Origin: Patescibacteria group bacterium
GTDB taxonomy: Bacteria; Patescibacteriota; Minisyncoccia; Minisyncoccales; UBA10102
DNA length: 64,000 nucleotides
Reading direction: 5' to 3'
Assembly (NCBI GenBank): GCA_022563395.1
Contig: JADFNM010000001.1
Location: forward strand, 178,830-242,829
Shown one piece after another: positions 57,015 to 64,000 of the stretch (position 1 is the stretch's first letter; each line of letters begins with the position of its first letter). The notes beneath the pieces were generated by a model. It saw nothing but the letters and a program-made list of their open reading frames with translations. It searched no databases and was not told the origin of the DNA. The position numbers were made by a program, and so were the translations under genes.

Positions 57015-58349
57015 ATGAAGATAGAGGTGTTGAGAAAAAAATATCCGAAGTTTTTCTATCGGGGGTATACCTACAAGCGTTCTGGGGGAGATCTCTGCAT
57101 CTCTTTTGAGTTTGCGGTACCCCGCACCGTCGCCAAAGCGGCTATGGCGCGTCGGCGACCAGACATCTCCTTTCGCCCAACAATAGTGGTAAAGAACATA
57201 CCAAAAAAGCATCCAAACATTGAGAACATTATCTTTCATCTTGGATTACTTGAGATGATAAGCTACTGGAAGGCAACAGCCTCGCCCAAGATTGTTATTG
57301 AAGCGGGGCATCTTACAAAAGAGCAGATTGCCTGGTTTAAAGATCTCATCTTTCAAGGAATGGGAGAGTACTTTTTTCAAAACAAGATAGACTTTACCCA
57401 GAAAAACTTCCTTACAATAACCTCCACCGGAAGTTTTCCTAAACGAGATTTAGGAACTCCTAAATCTCGTTTAAGCAACAGGACATTGGTGCCTGTGGGC
57501 GGGGGAAAGGATGCGGTGGTAACGCTTGAGCTGTTCAAAAAAGCAAAGCTTTTGCTGCGCCCCCTTCTCTTGAACCCAAAAAAAGAACAGCTTCGTATCC
57601 TTAGTCTAACTAAGACAGGGAAACCAATTGTGGTAGAACGCACCATTGATCCAGAGCTTTTGAAACTAAATCGTAAGGGATACCTCAATGGACACACGCC
57701 TTTTTCTGCTTATCTTGCGTTCCTGACAGTTCTCTGTGCAGCTCTTTTTGACTACAAATACATAGCTCTTTCCAACGAACGGAGCTCAAATGAAGGAAAT
57801 GTAAAATACCAAGGCAAGATCATCAATCATCAGTATTCCAAGACCTATGATTTTGAAAAGAAGTTTCGGGCATATACAAAGAAATATCTTCTCAAAGATG
57901 TTGAATACTTTAGTTTCTTACGTCCCTTGTACGAATTGCAGATAGCAAAGCTCTTTTCGAGATACCCAAAGTACTTCCCTGTGTTCTTGAGCTGCAACGA
58001 AGCCTACAAAACAAAATCAGGAAGCAAAAAACCAACAGGGGAGTGGTGCGGGAAATGTGCCAAATGTCTCTTTGTGTTCCTTTCCTTGTATCCTTTTATA
58101 GGTCAGAAACGGACGATTGCTATCTTTAAAAAGAATCTTCTCAAGGAAAAGAAACTACAGCCACTCTTAGAAGAACTCACAGGCAAGAAGAGATTTAAGC
58201 CCTTTGAGTGTGTAGGCACTATAGCAGAAAGTAGGGCTTTGCTTGCATTGCAAAAGAAGAAAGACCACCTCATGCTGTATGCCTGGAATAAAATGCATTT
58301 CCTCCCCAAAAAGTTTGAACAAATACTCAAGAAAGCGCTTACTCCTTAA
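57015..58349 (+). CDS. murL: UDP-MurNAc-L-Ala-L-Glu epimerase MurL
   Basis: VPVGGGKD, NGHTP, SNERS, NHQYSK, SCN, WCGKC.KC and KPFECVG motifs; directly upstream of murD. Confidence 0.8.
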   Translation: MKIEVLRKKYPKFFYRGYTYKRSGGDLCISFEFAVPRTVAKAAMARRRPDISFRPTIVVKNIPKKHPNIENIIFHLGLLEMISYWKATASPKIVIEAGHLTKEQIAWFKDLIFQGMGEYFFQNKIDFTQKNFLTITSTGSFPKRDLGTPKSRLSNRTLVPVGGGKDAVVTLELFKKAKLLLRPLLLNPKKEQLRILSLTKTGKPIVVERTIDPELLKLNRKGYLNGHTPFSAYLAFLTVLCAALFDYKYIALSNERSSNEGNVKYQGKIINHQYSKTYDFEKKFRAYTKKYLLKDVEYFSFLRPLYELQIAKLFSRYPKYFPVFLSCNEAYKTKSGSKKPTGEWCGKCAKCLFVFLSLYPFIGQKRTIAIFKKNLLKEKKLQPLLEELTGKKRFKPFECVGTIAESRALLALQKKKDHLMLYAWNKMHFLPKKFEQILKKALTP

Positions 58350-58364
58350 TTTCATTTAGTTGCT

Positions 58365-59621
58365 ATGTATATCAGTGAATTGAAAAGCAAGAAGCTTCTG
58401 ATCCTTGGCTTTGCAAGAGAGGGGAGAGACACCTATAAGTTTTTGAGAAAGCATTTTCCCAATAAAGTATTTGGCATTGCAGATCAAAAGGAATCCCTGC
58501 CTAATCTTCCAAAGAAACGAGTAAGGCTTCATCTGGGCCGAAATTACCTAAAAGCAATGAGGCAGTATGACGTTGTAATAAAAAGTCCTGGCATTCCTTT
58601 AAGAATAGTGAAACCCTTGCTCAAAAAAGAACAGCATCTTACCTCAGAGACAGATATCTTTTTTTCAGAGTGCCAAGGCGCCATTGTGGGAATAACGGGC
58701 AGCAAAGGAAAGAGCACCACGGCTTCCCTTATCTGTTCCATGCTCAAAAAAGGAGGAAAGAAGGCAAAGCTGGTAGGAAACATTGGCACGCCCGCTCTCC
58801 AGTTTCTTTCAAAGCAAACTCCAGAAGATATCTTTGTTTATGAACTTTCGAGCTTTCAGTTAGAACATTTAAACAAAAGTCCTCACATTGCAGTATTCTT
58901 GAACCTGTACGAAGAACACTTAAACCACCACGGCAGCTTTGCTGCCTACAAGAAAGCAAAAGCAAACATCACCCTTTTTCAGACCTCAACAGATTTTCTT
59001 ATCTACAACGCAAAAGACAATGAGGTTTCAAAGATTGCAAAGAAAAGCAGAGCACAAAAGATTCCCTTCGCTCCAGAAACAGTTTCAAAGAACCCGTCTT
59101 TTATCGCCCCAATAGAACCCGCCTTGCTTGTGGGCAAACTCTTTGGCATTACACCCTCAGCAATGAAAGAAGCGATAAAGAGCTTCAAGCCTTTACCTCA
59201 TAGATTAGAAAGGATTGGGATGTTCAAGGGCATTGTCTTTGTAAACGATTCCCTCGCCACCATACCTGAAGCCACAATTTTAGCATTGGATGCTTTGAGC
59301 AATACTGTTACAACGTTAATCGCAGGAGGCTTTGACAGGGGAGTGAGTGTTACAAAATTGGCAAGAAGAATTGAACAAAGTAAGATAAAAACCCTTATTC
59401 TTTTTCCCACAACCGGAGAAACAATCTTCAAATCCTTAAAGAAGAAACCAAAGAACATATTTTTTGTCAAAAGCATGAAAGAGGCAGTACAACTCGCTTA
59501 CCTGCACACAAAAACTGGGAAGATCTGCCTTCTTTCGCCCGCTGCCTCCAGCTTTAACCTGTTTTATGACTACCAAGACAGGGGAAACCAGTTTAAGGGG
59601 TTTGTGAAACGGTATGGATAG
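58365..59621 (+). CDS. murD: UDP-MurNAc-L-Ala--Glu ligase (MurD; probably MurD2 type)
   Basis: LGFAREG, KSPGI, ITGSKGKST, GNIG, ELSSFQL, HRLE, NDS and LSPAASS motifs. Confidence 0.92.
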   Translation: MYISELKSKKLLILGFAREGRDTYKFLRKHFPNKVFGIADQKESLPNLPKKRVRLHLGRNYLKAMRQYDVVIKSPGIPLRIVKPLLKKEQHLTSETDIFFSECQGAIVGITGSKGKSTTASLICSMLKKGGKKAKLVGNIGTPALQFLSKQTPEDIFVYELSSFQLEHLNKSPHIAVFLNLYEEHLNHHGSFAAYKKAKANITLFQTSTDFLIYNAKDNEVSKIAKKSRAQKIPFAPETVSKNPSFIAPIEPALLVGKLFGITPSAMKEAIKSFKPLPHRLERIGMFKGIVFVNDSLATIPEATILALDALSNTVTTLIAGGFDRGVSVTKLARRIEQSKIKTLILFPTTGETIFKSLKKKPKNIFFVKSMKEAVQLAYLHTKTGKICLLSPAASSFNLFYDYQDRGNQFKGFVKRYG

Positions 59622-60774
59622 GAGAAGGAGAAAGAAATGGGGGGTTGACCCCGTACTTCTCGGCACTATTGTGCTGCTTGTGTTTTTGGGCATCCTTATT
59701 TTGGCCTCAGTGTCTGCTTCTTTCTCTTTGCAGACCTTTGGCACCACCTACTACTTTTTGAACCATCAAATCCTCTTGGGCCTTCTTCCCGGGCTTCTTG
59801 TTGGGGCCATGGCGTTCTTTTTTGTTTCTCCTGAAATGATAAAGAAGTGGAGCTTTGCTCTGCTCTTGGCCAACATTCTCTTGTTGATTCTGGTGTTCTT
59901 GCCTGGTATCGGGAGTCCAGAGGGAGCCCACCGCTGGATCTATATAGGATCCCAGTCCTTTCAGCCCTCAGAACTCCTAAAACTCACCTTCATTCTCTAC
60001 CTTGCTTCTTTGCTGGCAGCCAAGGTTACAAAACACAGTGAAACCAGCAAGAAAAAGGAAGGAATGATACATCACCTCTTAAAAGGAAAGGAGGCATTGT
60101 TTCCTTTTGTCGTGGTCACAGGAATCATCAGCTTTCTCTTAATCCAGCAACCAGACGCCTCCACATTAGGGGTCATTGGCCTGACTGGCATTATCATGTA
60201 CTTTGTTGCGGGAACCCCTTTGTGGCATACACCCCTCATAATCTTTTCGGGACTGGGACTTTTCTATTTCTTGATTAAGATTGCACCCTACCGATTCTCG
60301 CGCATTCAAGTGTTTTTCGACCCTTTACTTGACCCCTTGGGCCAAGGATATCAGATAAAGCAGGCGTTAATCGGCATTGGCTCTGGGGGGTTAACAGGCA
60401 TTGGTCTGGGTCTAAGTTTTCAAAAGTTCGGGTTTTTACCAGAGCCCATCTCTGACTCCATTTTTGCTGTGGTGGCAGAGGAACTGGGATTTATTGGAGC
60501 TGTCTTTCTCGTGATGCTCTTTTTGTTCTTTGCCTGGCGCAGCTTTGCTTTAGCAAGAAAAATTGAGGACCCATTTGCAAAAATTGCAACGGTGGGTATT
60601 GCTTCCTGGATTACCCTGCAGGCATTCATCAACATGGGGTCCATTACAGGACTCTTGCCCTTGACCGGTATTCCCTTGCCCTTCATATCCTATGGTGGCT
60701 CTGCCTTGGTGGTAGAACTCATTGCAATGGGCATTCTACTGAAATTAACCTCAAAATCATATACAATGAGATAA
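59614..60774 (+). CDS. ftsW: SEDS peptidoglycan polymerase FtsW
   Basis: RWI, QPSE..K, QPD, GYQ..Q, LPE..SD.IF and TGIPLPFISYGGS motifs. Confidence 0.93.
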   Translation: MDRRRRKKWGVDPVLLGTIVLLVFLGILILASVSASFSLQTFGTTYYFLNHQILLGLLPGLLVGAMAFFFVSPEMIKKWSFALLLANILLLILVFLPGIGSPEGAHRWIYIGSQSFQPSELLKLTFILYLASLLAAKVTKHSETSKKKEGMIHHLLKGKEALFPFVVVTGIISFLLIQQPDASTLGVIGLTGIIMYFVAGTPLWHTPLIIFSGLGLFYFLIKIAPYRFSRIQVFFDPLLDPLGQGYQIKQALIGIGSGGLTGIGLGLSFQKFGFLPEPISDSIFAVVAEELGFIGAVFLVMLFLFFAWRSFALARKIEDPFAKIATVGIASWITLQAFINMGSITGLLPLTGIPLPFISYGGSALVVELIAMGILLKLTSKSYTMR

Positions 60775-60775
60775 C

Positions 60776-61933
60776 ATGAAGATTCTGTTTACAGGAGGAG
60801 GAACAGGAGGACATATCCTACCTATCATAGCCCTTACGCGAGAGATACGAGCGCAGGCAGACCTGCCCGCCGAAGCCTCGGCGAAGGAGGGGGATACACC
60901 TTTGGAGTTTTTTTACATGGGTCCAAAAGATGAATTTTCTGAAATGCTCTCGTCTCAAGAAGGAATAAAAACCTACCATATCTTTTCTGGCAAGATACGG
61001 CGCTATGAGTTTTTAAAGTCCTTGCCAAAGAATCTCCTTGATGTTTTTGTCAAAGTACCTCTTGGCATCATACAGGCATTCTTTCGTATCTTTTTTTTGG
61101 GCCCAGACATTATCTTTTCAAAGGGTGGATACGGGTCTGTTCCTTCTACCATTGCAGGATGGATTCTTCGCGTACCCATTATACTGCATGAATCCGACAT
61201 TGTTCCTGGCATGGCAAACAAAATCGTAGCAAGGTTTGCTTCTGAAATCTTTGTGTCTTTCCCAAACACCAAAGAGTTTCCCAAAAACAAGGTTGTGGAG
61301 GTGGGTAACCCTATTCGAAAAGATATACTTACGGGTTCTAAAGAAGAAGCAAAGCGGCTCTTTAACTTACAGGGAACAAAACCCGTACTCTTGCTGCTGG
61401 GGGGCTCTCAGGGAGCTCAGCGGGTCAACGATATGCTTTTGGTTATATTAGATGAAGCACTAAAAGATTATGAAATCATCCATCAGACAGGGGAAAAGAA
61501 CTTTTCTCAGGTAAAGGCAGAGGCAGAAGTAATTGTGGCAAAAGAGAGAAGGGGATTATACCATCCTTTTGCCTTTCTTAAAGAAACAGAGCTGCGCCAT
61601 ATGTATGCTGCAACAGACCTCATCATAAGCAGGGCAGGATCGGGGTCGGTGTTTGAGATTGCTGCCCTGGGTAAACCCTCCATTTTAATTCCCCTGCCAG
61701 AATCTGCCCAAAACCACCAAATAGAGAATGCCTATGCCTACCAAAAAACAGGCGCGTGCATTGTGCTGGAAGAAAACAACCTTACCCCACACTTCTTTTT
61801 AGAACGGGTACACTCCCTCTTTGCCAATAAAGCAGAACTCCAGAAGATGTCAGAGGCAGCAAAGAACTTTGCCAAACCAGAAGCGGGCAGAGTCATAGCA
61901 AAATACATAATTGAGTCTCTGTCAATCTCGTGA
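60776..61933 (+). CDS. murG: Lipid I N-acetylglucosaminyltransferase MurG
   Basis: GGGTGGH, KGGY, HESD..PG.AN, GNP.R, GGSQGA, SRAG and HQ..NA motifs. Confidence 0.96.
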   Translation: MKILFTGGGTGGHILPIIALTREIRAQADLPAEASAKEGDTPLEFFYMGPKDEFSEMLSSQEGIKTYHIFSGKIRRYEFLKSLPKNLLDVFVKVPLGIIQAFFRIFFLGPDIIFSKGGYGSVPSTIAGWILRVPIILHESDIVPGMANKIVARFASEIFVSFPNTKEFPKNKVVEVGNPIRKDILTGSKEEAKRLFNLQGTKPVLLLLGGSQGAQRVNDMLLVILDEALKDYEIIHQTGEKNFSQVKAEAEVIVAKERRGLYHPFAFLKETELRHMYAATDLIISRAGSGSVFEIAALGKPSILIPLPESAQNHQIENAYAYQKTGACIVLEENNLTPHFFLERVHSLFANKAELQKMSEAAKNFAKPEAGRVIAKYIIESLSIS

Positions 61934-61945
61934 TAGGCTGAATCA

Positions 61946-63532
61946 ATGAGAGTAAGAACGAGATTTGCGCCATCGCCCACAGGGCCCCTGCACATGGGAA
62001 ACGCCAGGACTGCCCTGTTCTCTTACCTCTTTGCCAAAAAAGAAAGAGGGGATTTTGTGGTGCGGGTAGAAGATACGGCCAAGGAGCGCTCAAAACCAGA
62101 GTGGGAGAAAGACGTGTTAGAAAACCTGGAATGGCTGGGGCTGAGTTGGGACGAAGGGCCAACCAAAGCAGGGGATAAAGGAAGCTTTGGCCCCTACCGG
62201 CAGTCTGAAAGAACCAAGATATACAAGGAATACCTTGAAAAACTCCTTAAAGAAAAGAAAGCATACTGGTGTTTTTGCACACAAGAAGAACTGGAAGCTC
62301 AGCGCCAGGATCAAACCAGCAGGGGAGAAACCCCAAGGTATTCTGGGAGATGCAGAACTCTCTCTTTAAAAGAACAAGAGCAGAACAAAAAAACCGGAAA
62401 ACCTGCTGCTATTCGTTTTGTAGTGGAACCCAAAAAAATTACCTTCAAAGACCTTATTCGGGGTGAGGTTTCTTTTGATATGACTTTGTCTGGTGACATT
62501 GTGATTGCAAAGAACCTAAAAACCCCGTTGTATAATTTTACTGTGGTGGTGGACGACGAGTTAATGCGCATCACCCATGTTATCCGGGGAGAAGACCATA
62601 TTTCCAACACACCAAAGCAGCAGCTTATAAGAAAAGCTCTGGGGTTTAAACAAGAAATCAAGTACGCCCACCTTCCGCTCATTCTTGGAGAAGACAAGAC
62701 CAAGCTTTCAAAGCGCCACGGAGACAACTCCGTCACCAGGTTCAGGAAAGAAGGATACCTGCCAGAAGCAATCGTGAACTTTCTTGCCCTGCTTGGTTGG
62801 AACCCAGGGGATGAGCGGGAAATCTTTTCTTTGCAAGGGTTGGTCAAGGAGTTTTCTTTAGACCGGGTACAAAAGGGGAATGCCGTGTTTAACCTGCAAC
62901 GCTTAGACTGGATTAACGGCTTTTACCTAAGGCAAAAAGACAAGAAAACCTTGGTAAAACTGGCAATTCCTTACTTAAAAGAGGCAGGGCTGCTGGAGGT
63001 AAATGGAAATGGAGAGCAAAAGAAGTTTTCCTTGCGAATGCAAAAATCCCACCCCTATGCCGTAAAAGAAACAGGGGAGGGGATTGGCCCTGAGTTTTTG
63101 GGTGAAGTGGTTAATCTATACCAAGAGCGCCTAAAAAAGCTTTCTGAGATAGCGGAGCTGGCTGACTTTTTCTTTAAAAAAGAGTTGAACTACGAAAAAG
63201 AACTCTTGCGCTGGAAAAACATGGAAGAACAAGAAATTGCAGAATCGCTGGAAAAATCCCACGAGCTTCTCTTAGGCCTCAAAGAAGGGGACTGGAATAA
63301 AGAAAAGATAGAACAGATATTGCTTAAGGAAGCCGAAGCGGGAGGCAAGGGAAAACTTTTATGGCCTCTGCGTGTTGCTCTTACGGGTAAGAAAGCTTCG
63401 GCCGGACCTTTTGAGGTGGCTTCGGTTCTTGGCAAAGAAAAGACGCTGCAGAGAATCAAGCAGGCAATGGCAAAACTCCAACAAACACAGAAACCATCCA
63501 TGACCAACAATACTAACAATTTTAACTTCTAA
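61946..63532 (+). CDS. gltX: Glutamate--tRNA ligase
   Basis: RFAPSPTG.LHMG, R.EDT, RGEDH, KLSKR and LRVALTG motifs. Confidence 0.97.
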   Translation: MRVRTRFAPSPTGPLHMGNARTALFSYLFAKKERGDFVVRVEDTAKERSKPEWEKDVLENLEWLGLSWDEGPTKAGDKGSFGPYRQSERTKIYKEYLEKLLKEKKAYWCFCTQEELEAQRQDQTSRGETPRYSGRCRTLSLKEQEQNKKTGKPAAIRFVVEPKKITFKDLIRGEVSFDMTLSGDIVIAKNLKTPLYNFTVVVDDELMRITHVIRGEDHISNTPKQQLIRKALGFKQEIKYAHLPLILGEDKTKLSKRHGDNSVTRFRKEGYLPEAIVNFLALLGWNPGDEREIFSLQGLVKEFSLDRVQKGNAVFNLQRLDWINGFYLRQKDKKTLVKLAIPYLKEAGLLEVNGNGEQKKFSLRMQKSHPYAVKETGEGIGPEFLGEVVNLYQERLKKLSEIAELADFFFKKELNYEKELLRWKNMEEQEIAESLEKSHELLLGLKEGDWNKEKIEQILLKEAEAGGKGKLLWPLRVALTGKKASAGPFEVASVLGKEKTLQRIKQAMAKLQQTQKPSMTNNTNNFNF

Positions 63533-63536
63533 CGGG

Positions 63537-64000
63537 GTGAAAATCACCAAGGCGTCAGGCAAACAAGAAACCTACAGCAGACAAAAGCTCTGCAACTCTC
63601 TCTTAGCAGCTGGTGCTCCAAAGGCGCTGGTGAATCGGGTATGCCGCACGGTGGAAAAGGAGATTAGCCCCGGCATGACGACAAAAGAGATATATGAGAA
63701 GACCAAAAGGCACCTTGCAAAGGAAAACCCGGCTCTTGCAGCAAAATATTCTCTAAAACAAGGCATAATGGAGTTGGGACCTGCGGGCTTTCTGTTTGAG
63801 AGATATGTTGCAGCCATTCTCCAGGAATACGGCTATACGACAAAGACCAACCAGATAATGAAGGGGGAGTGCGTATCACACGAGATAGACATCTTGGCTT
63901 TCACCAAAGATAACCACTACATAGTTGAGACAAAATACCACAACACCAGGGGGATCAAGTCAGACGTGCGGGTTGCTATGTACCTGTATGCCAGGCTTCT
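63537..64000 (+). CDS. ATP-cone plus Mrr-like PD-(D/E)xK nuclease protein (runs off the window)
   Basis: GTG start; KITKASG..E.YS..KL..SL (ATP cone), then LGPAGF.FE.YV, HEID and VETKYH. Not in the ORF track. Confidence 0.8.
   Translation, partial: MKITKASGKQETYSRQKLCNSLLAAGAPKALVNRVCRTVEKEISPGMTTKEIYEKTKRHLAKENPALAAKYSLKQGIMELGPAGFLFERYVAAILQEYGYTTKTNQIMKGECVSHEIDILAFTKDNHYIVETKYHNTRGIKSDVRVAMYLYARL

Noticed and set aside
932-63879. Numerous 60-240-aa ORFs antisense to or overlapping core genes (e.g. 5618-6130, 12869-13453, 23522-24238, 48132-48737, 54301-54903)
   Set aside because: They are shadow frames of well-supported genes, with no motifs or independent expression signals.

Overview
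Chromosomal window that looks like a Patescibacteria/CPR (Parcubacteria-like) genome; this is inferred from the gene set, the split dcw cluster, leaderless starts and repeat style. Core genes flank the window: mraZ-rsmH-ftsL-ftsI, tRNA-Glu, P-type ATPase/CaCA, rmuC, rplU, recR, dnaB, cysS and dnaX on the left, and pcm, fkpA-like, efp, fmt, thpR, murC, aspS, dacA-like, mraY, murL, murD, ftsW, murG and gltX on the right. Between tRNA-Gln (16603-16676) and the convergent pcm 3' end (44941) lies a ~28 kb accessory region, with all cargo genes from 16.8 to 39.9 kb on the + strand and no integrase or transposase visible. Its spacers are built from recurring modules: GGTTCTAAC-NTCG joined to a degenerate tRNA 3' end, copies of the tRNA/pcm junction, a CCTAAACGAGATTTAGG palindrome, and a fused terminator/extended -10 promoter feeding leaderless ATGs. 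This looks like an undescribed tRNA-anchored gene-cassette array. Other highlights are palindromic elements inserted in-frame in essential proteins (MurC, MurL, CysS, Fmt, MurG), a GIY-YIG gene preceded by a hairpin-interrupted copy of the tRNA 5' end, a GGTCG leader motif, a probable 6S-like ncRNA, an Aas-like lipid-scavenging module with AcpS, and the MurD2/MurL route to D-Glu. All calls were made by eye; no database searches were run.
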